A program made the position numbers and the translations under genes. The notes below the pieces were generated by a model. It had not been told where the DNA came from, ran no database searches, and worked only from the letters and a program-made list of their open reading frames with translations. A DNA stretch of 64,000 nt from Candidatus Microbacterium colombiense (GTDB taxonomy: Bacteria > Actinomycetota > Actinomycetes > Actinomycetales > Microbacteriaceae), in contig CP119308.1 of assembly GCA_029203165.1 (NCBI GenBank), forward strand, positions 2,885,467-2,949,466. The letters are read 5' to 3'. Of the stretch, positions 40,244-47,341 are shown piece after piece (position 1 is the first letter of the stretch; every line of letters starts with the position of its first letter).

Positions 40244-41414
40244 CGGCGGCCGCCTTCATCGAGTTCCAGATCGAGACGACGCGGTCCTGCGCATCGGTGA
40301 GCTTGCCCTCGTGCATGGTCTCCACCTGCTGATCGTCGAAGAACACCATGTCGAGTCGCTCGAGCCCTTCCGCCTCCGCCTGCTCGCGGATGCCGCTGAT
40401 ACCGGTGTCGTAGCCGATGTAGTCGACCTGGGCGAGTTGGATGTCGGGCTGCAGCACGAAGTTGATGAACGCGTGCGCCGCCTCGGGATGCGGGGCCCCG
40501 GCGGCGATCGCCCAGTTGTCCATCCACAGCTCCGTCGCCGGGCTCCCGAGCACCCACTGCCAGCGGTCCGGATCTCCGGACTCGAAGATCCCCAGCCGGG
40601 CATCGCCGTTGTACGACTGCAGCAGCGCGTGCGAGCCCTGCGGGATGGAGGAGCCGCCGGGGTACGAGTCGAATGCCGAGACGTGCGGGGCGAGATCCTT
40701 CACCAGGAACTTCTCGACCGCGTCGAGCTCGTCGGGGTCGGTCGTCGTCCAGTCGATGCCGTTGGCCCAGAAGTAGATGCCCAGCAGCGGCGCCGGGTCG
40801 TCGAGCACCGAGGTCGAGCCGGACGCCTCGTTCTGCGCCGCGTCGATGAAGTCCTTCCACGTGGTGAGCTCACGCGAGATCACCCGCTTGTCGTACACGA
40901 ACCCGGTGGTGCCCCAGGCCTTGCACACCGAGTACTCGTTGCCCGGATCCCAGGAGCGCCCACGGAACTCGGGCGCCACGTTCGACATGTTCGGCAGCAG
41001 GTCGAGGTTGAACTTCTGCAGCAGTCCGTTCTCGGCCATCGGCCCGACGAACACGCCGGTCGGCACCACGATGTCGTAGCCGGAGGTTCCGCGCGCGGCG
41101 ACCAGCTTGGCGATCAGCTCCTCGTTCGAGTTGAACGCGTCGAGCACGATGCGCGGACCGTTCTCGGCCGTGAACTGTTCGAGCACCTCGGGGGCGTCAT
41201 AATCTCCCCAGCTGTAGATCGAGAGCTTGTCTTCGAGCGGCCCGCCTTTCGCGTGCACGGCGGCGGCATTCTGCCCCGGTGAGCATGCGCTGAGCAGCAC
41301 CGCGCCGCCGGCGACGAGCGCCGTGGCGAGGAAACCGCGTCTGGTCAGTTCGGTGCGGATGACCCGCGCTGCACTCCGGTGCGCGAGCACCCGCACGGGA
41401 GGCGTGGCCGTCAC
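40236..41414 (-). CDS. ABC transporter substrate-binding lipoprotein (PotD/PotF-like) with Tat-type signal
   Basis: ORF 40236..41510 trimmed to GTG 41414 (GTGA overlap with the ATPase stop). It has a twin-arginine-like TRRGFLATALVAGGAVLLSACSPG with a lipobox Cys, and PotD-like SWGDY and YNGD segments. Confidence 0.75.
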   Translation of the reverse strand: MTATPPVRVLAHRSAARVIRTELTRRGFLATALVAGGAVLLSACSPGQNAAAVHAKGGPLEDKLSIYSWGDYDAPEVLEQFTAENGPRIVLDAFNSNEELIAKLVAARGTSGYDIVVPTGVFVGPMAENGLLQKFNLDLLPNMSNVAPEFRGRSWDPGNEYSVCKAWGTTGFVYDKRVISRELTTWKDFIDAAQNEASGSTSVLDDPAPLLGIYFWANGIDWTTTDPDELDAVEKFLVKDLAPHVSAFDSYPGGSSIPQGSHALLQSYNGDARLGIFESGDPDRWQWVLGSPATELWMDNWAIAAGAPHPEAAHAFINFVLQPDIQLAQVDYIGYDTGISGIREQAEAEGLERLDMVFFDDQQVETMHEGKLTDAQDRVVSIWNSMKAAAGA

Positions 41415-42571
41415 CGCCCGCCCTCCTTCGGCAGCGCGATCACGTGGGTCGCGGTGGTCGGGATGCCGTCGGCGGCGAAGAGGCGGGCGTCGGCGGCATC
41501 CCAGACGCAACGCACCTCGTCGTCGACTCCCACGTTGGGCGCGGTCGGTGCCGGCATCCGCGAGAGGAACGTGGCGTCACCGCCCACCCGCACGGCGACC
41601 TGCAGGGTCTCACCCAGGTGCGAGACGCCGAGCACGCGGCCGGGTACACCGGCACCCGGGCCCTGTTCCAGTCGCACGTACTCGGGGCGGATCGCGGCGA
41701 CGGCGGGCTGGCCGACTCCGACCGGCTCACCGCCCCAGCGACCCGAGATCGCGCCGATCGCCGTGTCGACCGCGTCGCCCTCGGCGCGGACGGTGCCGTG
41801 CACGAAGTTCTGTTGGCCGATGAACGAGGCCACGTATGCGGATGCCGGTTCGGCGTAGATCTCCGCAGGGGCCGCGAGCTGCTCGATCCGCCCGGCGCGC
41901 ATCACGGCGATGCGGTCGCTCATCGACAGCGCTTCGGCCTGGTCGTGCGTGACGAACACGAACGTGGTGCCCAGGCGCGCCTGCAGCAGTTTGAGCTCGA
42001 GCTGCATCTCTTCGCGCAGCTGGCGGTCGAGGGCCGCGAGGGGCTCGTCGAGCAGCAGCACGCTCGGTCGGTTGATGAGCGCGCGCGACAGGGCGATGCG
42101 CTGCTGCTGACCGCCCGACAGCTGGGTGGGCTTGCGGTCGGCGAAGGAGCGCAGCTGCACCATGTCGAGCGCCTCGCTCACCCGCTCGCGCTGCTCCGCC
42201 TTCGGCACCCGGCGCTGCTGCAGGCCGTATGCGACGTTCTCGGCGACCGTGAGGTGCGGGAACAGCGCATACGCCTGGAAGACCGTGTTCACCTCGCGCC
42301 GATACGGCGGCAGGTTCAGCACACTGCGCCCGGAGATGCGGATGTCACCGGCATCCGGATACTCGAACCCCGCGATCATGCGCAGGGTCGTCGTCTTGCC
42401 GCACCCGGACGGGCCGAGAAGGGAGAGGAACTCCCCCGCGTGCACGTCGAGCGTCAGGGCATCGACGGCGACGGCTGTGCCGTAGCGCTTGGTGACCCCG
42501 TCGATCTGGACGGAGCCGGTGGCTGTGGGCGTGTCGAGTGTCGCCGTCGACGCAGGCATCGTGCCGGGCAT
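41411..42571 (-). CDS. ABC transporter ATP-binding protein (PotA type)
   Basis: 386-aa ORF with Walker A GPSGCGKTT, signature LSGGQQQR, Walker B LLLDEPL and a C-terminal TOBE-like domain. Confidence 0.9.
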   Translation of the reverse strand: MPGTMPASTATLDTPTATGSVQIDGVTKRYGTAVAVDALTLDVHAGEFLSLLGPSGCGKTTTLRMIAGFEYPDAGDIRISGRSVLNLPPYRREVNTVFQAYALFPHLTVAENVAYGLQQRRVPKAEQRERVSEALDMVQLRSFADRKPTQLSGGQQQRIALSRALINRPSVLLLDEPLAALDRQLREEMQLELKLLQARLGTTFVFVTHDQAEALSMSDRIAVMRAGRIEQLAAPAEIYAEPASAYVASFIGQQNFVHGTVRAEGDAVDTAIGAISGRWGGEPVGVGQPAVAAIRPEYVRLEQGPGAGVPGRVLGVSHLGETLQVAVRVGGDATFLSRMPAPTAPNVGVDDEVRCVWDAADARLFAADGIPTTATHVIALPKEGGR

Positions 42572-42710
42572 GGAACCTCCCCATTGAGAATCGCTTGCGG
42601 CGAGTCTGACACAGGAAGAGGCTCAGGTATAGCGAAAACAGAAGTCGGATGCTCTGATCACAACGATTTCCGTTGCGAATGGCGATTCAGACCACTGAGC
42701 GACGCGGAAT

Positions 42711-42983
42711 CTACTTGGAGTCGAAGTCGAAGGCCTTGAGCAGCTCGCCCACGGCCTTGTCGCGCTCCTCGCCGCCCTCTTCGAACATGTGCGTGACGTG
42801 CGTGCGCAGGTGATTCTCGAGCAGCAGACGGTTCAGCGATTCCAGCGAACGCTGGATGGCCCGGGACTGCGTGATGATGTCCATGCAGTACTCCTCGTTC
42901 TCGATCATCCGCGCGACGCCGCGCATCTGACCCTCGAGGATGCTGGTGCGGTGCAGAGCGCGCTTCTTGATGTCTTCGATCAC
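42711..42983 (-). CDS. CsoR/RcnR/FrmR-family (DUF156) metal- or aldehyde-sensing transcriptional repressor
   Basis: 90-aa ORF. RTSILEGQMRGVARMIENEEYCMDIITQSRAIQRSLESLNRLLLENHLRTHV is the canonical three-helix CsoR-like fold. The ligand positions read C33/H58/H62. Confidence 0.8.
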   Translation of the reverse strand: MIEDIKKRALHRTSILEGQMRGVARMIENEEYCMDIITQSRAIQRSLESLNRLLLENHLRTHVTHMFEEGGEERDKAVGELLKAFDFDSK

Positions 42984-43083
42984 CCTCCGAGGCTACTCCG
43001 CGGGGCCGGGGTAGAGAGTCTGCGGACACAAAGAAACGGCCGACCAGTCATGATCTCTCATGCCTGATCGGCCGTCTGTTCTG

Positions 43084-43156
43084 TGGACCTAAGGGGATTC
43101 GAACCCCTGACCTCCTCGATGCGAACGAGGCGCGCTACCAACTGCGCCATAGGCCC
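43084..43156 (-). tRNA. tRNA-Ala (anticodon CGC)
   Basis: The reverse strand reads GGGCCTATGGCGCAGTTGGTAGCGCGCCTCGTTCGCATCGAGGAGGTCAGGGGTTCGAATCCCCTTAGGTCCA. This is a 73-nt cloverleaf with the G3:U70 Ala identity pair, anticodon loop TTCGCAT and T-loop GGTTCGAATCC. CCA is not encoded. Confidence 0.9.
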
Positions 43157-43207
43157 GTGAACGTCTCTACGCTATCACGACGATCGGGGGCTTCGTGCCG
43201 ACAGCGA

Positions 43208-44053
43208 TCACCCTGCCGCTCGGCGCGAGAGCATCTCCCTCACGTGGGCTTCGATCTCGGCATCGTCGACGAATCCCATGCGGGCGTACGGCGACGAGGC
43301 TGCGGGGATCGCGACGGGCGCCGTCGGAGCCATCTGCTCTGCGCGCTCACGCAGCGCAGCGAGTCGGGCGGCCTTGCGGCGCTCCTGCTGCGCGTCGATC
43401 TCCGCCTGGGCGGTCTGGGCGCGGGAGCCCGCCACCGAGACGAGCGGCTCGGGCAGCGGACGCGGCGTCCACGTCGCACGCCCCTGGTCGTGGATCTCCG
43501 GCGCGATGCGCTCGACCACCGGCTCGGCCGCGCGAACAGCGCGACGAGCGGTGCGCGAGGCGACCGACGCCATGCGCTGCAGCGTGATCGCCGCGAGAAG
43601 AACCACCGCGCCACCGGCCCAGACGAGAACCTGGGCGCCGGTGGCCACGAGCTGCCAGACGCCGAATCCGGCGAGCACGACACCGAGCACCAGGCTCGTC
43701 GTCGCGACGGCGCGCACACGGCGACGGGCTCGCGCCTGTCGCACGATGGGATCGGCCCGCGTCGCGGCCAGCTCGTTGCGCAGCGATTCCAGTTCGACGG
43801 CTTCACGTTCGGACTGCACGCGCTTGGCGAGCTTCTGCTGCGCCAGCGCGGTGCGCGCGTTCAATTCGAAGCGCACCTCATCCGGGGTCTCGCTCGTTTC
43901 CGCCAGCACACGCAGCGCCTGATTGAGTCGGACGGCATTGCGCTCGGCGGCGTTGTACTGGAAGCGCCCGCGCCACGAGGGCAGCAGGTACAGCATCCAG
44001 AGGAGCACAGCGACGAGCACGATCACTCCCCCACTCAGCACCGGCCCGTCCAT
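43208..44053 (-). CDS. Conserved actinobacterial membrane protein, hypothetical (Rv0996-like by synteny)
   Basis: 281-aa ORF with an N-terminal TM helix, a coiled-coil-like charged region and two central TM helices. Its position next to the rimJ-like gene matches mycobacterial synteny (from memory). Confidence 0.55.
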   Translation of the reverse strand: MDGPVLSGGVIVLVAVLLWMLYLLPSWRGRFQYNAAERNAVRLNQALRVLAETSETPDEVRFELNARTALAQQKLAKRVQSEREAVELESLRNELAATRADPIVRQARARRRVRAVATTSLVLGVVLAGFGVWQLVATGAQVLVWAGGAVVLLAAITLQRMASVASRTARRAVRAAEPVVERIAPEIHDQGRATWTPRPLPEPLVSVAGSRAQTAQAEIDAQQERRKAARLAALRERAEQMAPTAPVAIPAASSPYARMGFVDDAEIEAHVREMLSRRAAG

Positions 44054-44125
44054 ATCGATAAAGGTACGGGTACGGGAGCCCTCCGAACGCGCAGCGGGCG
44101 CGTGTCGCGGCGAGTCCGATCTCCG

Positions 44126-44755
44126 TCAGAGCGTCAGACGGTCCGCGGGGGGCACGGTGGCGGCATCCGGGGGCACCTGGCCGTTCAACCATCGCGCGAG
44201 AACTCCTTGCGGAACGTCCTCCCGGGTGAGGGCGAATGCATAGTGATCGCGCCAGTCCCCGTCGATGTGGATGTAGCGGCGGCGCAGCCCCTCGTACCGG
44301 AATCCGAGCTTCTGCACGACGCGCAGACTCGCGGCGTTCTCGGGTCGGATGCAGATCTCCATCCGGTGCAGGCCGTACTCGGTGAAGCAGGCATCCGTCG
44401 CCATCGCGACCGCGGTCGGGGTGATGCCCTTGCCGGCGAAGCGCTCGCTCACCCAGTAGCCGATCGTCGCCGAGCACAGCGATCCGCGCGCGATCCCCCA
44501 GACGTTGAGCTGCCCGGCGACCTCGCCCTCGTATTCCATCACGAAGGGATACCCGGCGCCGTCCTTGTACTGCTGCAACAGCCGGCGGATGCTCAGCCGC
44601 ATGTCGAACGACACACTGCCGTACGGCACCGTCGCCTCCCACGGCTGCAACCACGACCGGTTGGTCAGCAGTTCCTGCTGCAGAGGACGGGCGTCCTTCA
44701 TGCGCACGAGACGCAGTTCGATCGCCTCGTGCCTGATCCCCGCCGCCAGATCCAT
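44126..44755 (-). CDS. GNAT family N-acetyltransferase, RimJ-like (ribosomal-protein-alanine acetyltransferase family)
   Basis: 209-aa ORF with IELRLVRMKDARPL, IGYWVSERFAGKGITPTAVA and NAASLRVVQKLGFRYEG, typical of the RimJ/RimL subfamily. Confidence 0.75.
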   Translation of the reverse strand: MDLAAGIRHEAIELRLVRMKDARPLQQELLTNRSWLQPWEATVPYGSVSFDMRLSIRRLLQQYKDGAGYPFVMEYEGEVAGQLNVWGIARGSLCSATIGYWVSERFAGKGITPTAVAMATDACFTEYGLHRMEICIRPENAASLRVVQKLGFRYEGLRRRYIHIDGDWRDHYAFALTREDVPQGVLARWLNGQVPPDAATVPPADRLTL

Positions 44756-44782
44756 CCCGTGCCCCGACGTCCGCCGCGTCGC

Positions 44783-45670
44783 CTAGAGGCGTTCCGCGAA
44801 CTCCTTCAGCCACGGCCGGAGCTCGGGACCGAGGTCGTCGCGATCGGAGGCGAGCTGCACGATCGCCTTGATGTAGTCCACGCGGTCACCCGTGTCGTAC
44901 CGGCGACCGCGGAAGATCACACCGACCACGCCGGGCCCCTCGGGGTCTGCCGCGAGTTCCTGCAGAGCATCGGTGAGCTGGATCTCTCCACCCTTGCCCG
45001 GTTCCGTGCGCTCGAGGATCTCGAAGACGGATGCCGGCAACACGTAGCGGCCGATCACGGCGAGGTTGGACGGTGCGTCCTCCTGAGCCGGCTTCTCGAC
45101 GAGACCGGTGACGCGCACCGAGTCCGAACCGTCGATCGGCTCGACCGCGGCCGCTCCGTACATGTGGATGTTCGCGGGGTCGACCTCCATGAGCGCGATC
45201 ACCGCGGCGCCGCTGCGCTCGTGCTCGGCGATCATGTGGGTCAAGAGCGGGTCGCGCTCATCGATCAGGTCGTCGCCCAGCAGCACCGCGAAGGAGCTGT
45301 CACCCACGTGCGTCCGCGCACGCAGCACGGCGTGGCCGAGCCCCTTGGGCTCTCCCTGACGGACGAAGTGGATGTCGGCGAGATCGCTCGACTTCATCAC
45401 GCGCTCCAGGCGCCCGGTGTCGCCCTTCTCCATGAGCTTCACCTCGAGTTCCGGCACGGAGTCGAAGTGGTTGGAGATGGCGTTCTTGTTGCGCCCGATG
45501 ATGACGAGGATGTCTTCGATGCCGGCATCCGCGGCCTCTTCGACGACGTATTGGATCGCCGGCTTGTCGACGACGGGGAGCATCTCCTTCGGCATCGCCT
45601 TGGTCGCCGGCAGGAATCGTGTCCCCAGACCTGCGGCAGGAATGACGGCCTTGATCTTCTGGTTACCCAT
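44783..45670 (-). CDS. galU: UTP--glucose-1-phosphate uridylyltransferase
   Basis: 295-aa ORF. KAVIPAAGLGTRFLPATKAMPKEMLPVVDKPAIQYVVEEA is the canonical GalU N-terminus. VEKP motif present. Confidence 0.95.
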   Translation of the reverse strand: MGNQKIKAVIPAAGLGTRFLPATKAMPKEMLPVVDKPAIQYVVEEAADAGIEDILVIIGRNKNAISNHFDSVPELEVKLMEKGDTGRLERVMKSSDLADIHFVRQGEPKGLGHAVLRARTHVGDSSFAVLLGDDLIDERDPLLTHMIAEHERSGAAVIALMEVDPANIHMYGAAAVEPIDGSDSVRVTGLVEKPAQEDAPSNLAVIGRYVLPASVFEILERTEPGKGGEIQLTDALQELAADPEGPGVVGVIFRGRRYDTGDRVDYIKAIVQLASDRDDLGPELRPWLKEFAERL

Positions 45671-45711
45671 CCCCTCAGCCTAGTGGTGGCCACCACCGTA
45701 GACTCGGAGGC

Positions 45712-46308
45712 ATGTCGAACGAGGCCGAGCATGCCAAACGTGCGCTGCGCGCCGAGCTGCGCGAAAGACGCGGACTGCTCTCCGACGCCCAGCGCGACGC
45801 CGCGGCATCCGCGATCGGCGAACGACTCGACGCACTGGTCGACGAACTCGATGCACGGTCGATCTCGTGCTTCCTCTCCACTCTCACCGAACCGGGTACC
45901 CGCGACTTCGTGACGCGAGCGGTTCGCCGCGGCATCCGGGTGCTGCTTCCGGTCACGCGCCCCGACGGGCTGCTCGACTGGGCGGTCGCCGAAGACGGTG
46001 ACGAGACGACCGAGGGACTGCACGGTCTGCCCGAGCCCACCGGCGAGGTGCTGGGGCCGATCGCCGTCAACGACGTCGACCTCATGATCGTCCCCGCCGC
46101 TGCCGTGGATCGCACCGGCATGCGGATGGGCTGGGGTCGCGGCTACTTCGACAAGACGATCGGTTCTATGGAGAAGTGCCCTCCTGTCTACGCCGTCATC
46201 TATGATTCCGAGATACTCGACTCCCTGCCCCGGGAGGTGCACGACCAGCCCGTCAACGGCGTCGTGACCCCGTCGCAGACCCTGATCCTGTCGCCATCGC
46301 GGCGCTGA
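45712..46308 (+). CDS. 5-formyltetrahydrofolate cyclo-ligase
   Basis: 198-aa ORF with KRALRAELRERR near the N-terminus and a C-terminal DLMIVPAAAVDRTGMRMGWGRGYFD motif diagnostic of the family. Confidence 0.85.
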   Translation: MSNEAEHAKRALRAELRERRGLLSDAQRDAAASAIGERLDALVDELDARSISCFLSTLTEPGTRDFVTRAVRRGIRVLLPVTRPDGLLDWAVAEDGDETTEGLHGLPEPTGEVLGPIAVNDVDLMIVPAAAVDRTGMRMGWGRGYFDKTIGSMEKCPPVYAVIYDSEILDSLPREVHDQPVNGVVTPSQTLILSPSRR

Positions 46309-46321
46309 CCCCGAGGACACC

Positions 46322-46594
46322 ATGCCCACCTATGCCTATGCCTGCACGTCGTGCGGCCACACCTTCGATGCCGTGCAGAGCTTCTCCGACGACGCCCTCT
46401 CGGTCTGCCCCGAGTGCGGAGGAACCCTGCGCAAGCAGTACGGATCGATCGGGGTGACCTTCAACGGATCGGGCTTCTATCGCACCGACTCGCGCGCCAA
46501 ATCTGGTGGTTCGAAGGATGCTTCGGCATCATCGAAGTCGGGATCGACGACGAGCGCCAAGCCGGCGGCTGCGTCGAGTTCCACCTCGTCCTGA
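46322..46594 (+). CDS. FmdB-family zinc-ribbon protein (CxxC-x-CxxC; Rv0991c/Ruc-like) with Ser/Ala-rich disordered tail
   Basis: 90-aa ORF MPTYAYACTSCGHTFDAVQSFSDDALSVCPECGG... with two CxxC pairs, then FYRTDSR and a low-complexity tail. Its position between 5-FTHF cyclo-ligase and mscL is as in mycobacteria (from memory). Confidence 0.8.
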   Translation: MPTYAYACTSCGHTFDAVQSFSDDALSVCPECGGTLRKQYGSIGVTFNGSGFYRTDSRAKSGGSKDASASSKSGSTTSAKPAAASSSTSS

Positions 46595-46620
46595 GGTTCC
46601 ATCCCCCAACGGAGGCACCC

Positions 46621-47043
46621 ATGCTCAACGGATTCAAGGACTTCATCCTCCGCGGCAACGTGATCGATCTGGCGGTCGCCGTCGTCATCGGCGCCGCCTT
46701 CACCGCGATCGTGAACGCGGTCGTGGCGAGCATCATCACCCCGCTGATCTCGCTCTTCTTCGAGGAGGGCGCGACCGGCCAGTTCGGACCGCAGATCACG
46801 AACATCTACGGCAACAAGGTCACCTTCCCGATCGGCGATCTGATCTCGGCGATCATCAGCTTCCTCGCCGTCGCCGTCGTCGTCTACTTCGTGTTCGTCC
46901 TGCCGATGAACACCTTCAAAGCCCACGTCGAGGCCCGCAAGGGAACTCCGGCAGAAGAGCCCCAGGAGGAGCCGGCCGCCGCGACCGAGACCGAGCTGCT
47001 CATCGAGATCCGCGATCTGCTCGCACGGAACCAGCGCAGCTGA
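46621..47043 (+). CDS. mscL: Large-conductance mechanosensitive channel
   Basis: Located within ORF 46351..47043, with ATG at 46621. MLNGFKDFILRGNVIDLAVAVVIGAAFTAIVNAVVASIITPLI is the canonical MscL TM1. Confidence 0.95.
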   Translation: MLNGFKDFILRGNVIDLAVAVVIGAAFTAIVNAVVASIITPLISLFFEEGATGQFGPQITNIYGNKVTFPIGDLISAIISFLAVAVVVYFVFVLPMNTFKAHVEARKGTPAEEPQEEPAAATETELLIEIRDLLARNQRS

Positions 47044-47063
47044 CGCCACAGTCGTTCTGACAG

Positions 47064-47102
47064 GAGAAGCGCACGGAACCCGGAAGGGGCCGTGCGCTTC
47101 TC
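47064..47102. terminator. 13-bp perfect hairpin between convergent mscL and the 69-aa ORF/helicase-like operon
   Basis: GAGAAGCGCACGG (47064..47076) / CCGTGCGCTTCTC (47090..47102), 13-nt loop. No U-tract. Confidence 0.6.
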
Positions 47103-47131
47103 TCGTCTGACAGCGGTGCGGTAGCCACAGC

Positions 47132-47341
47132 TCAGTAGTGCGGCGGGACGTCCTGGATCATCCGGTCGTCGTTGGGCCCCTTCGGGCCACGGATCTTCGC
47201 CCCCGGCGGGTCGGCCACGGGCTCGGGGCCCGACTCGGGTTCCGGGTCCGTCCCCGGAACCGGGGTGAGTCGTGCGCGGCGGGATCCGGCCACACGGACG
47301 ACGCGCTGCCCCGGTGCATCCGCCCCGGTGTCGTCAGCCAT
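47132..47341 (-). CDS. Small Pro/Gly/Asp-rich hypothetical protein, translationally coupled to the upstream helicase-like gene
   Basis: 69-aa ORF whose ATG (47341) overlaps the upstream stop by 8 nt (ATGGCTGA). GC3 is about 85-90% by hand count. The C-terminus is NDDRMIQDVPPHY. No family recognised. Confidence 0.5.
   Translation of the reverse strand: MADDTGADAPGQRVVRVAGSRRARLTPVPGTDPEPESGPEPVADPPGAKIRGPKGPNDDRMIQDVPPHY

Noticed and set aside
43084-43156. Genomic island integrated at tRNA-Ala or tRNA-Arg (62372..62444)
   Set aside because: No integrase or partial tRNA direct repeat is seen downstream of either tRNA 3' end. The flanking genes are ordinary chromosomal functions.
43157-45913. 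918-aa plus-strand ORF
   Set aside because: It is antisense to tRNA-Ala, the membrane protein, the rimJ-like gene and galU. No recognisable domain.
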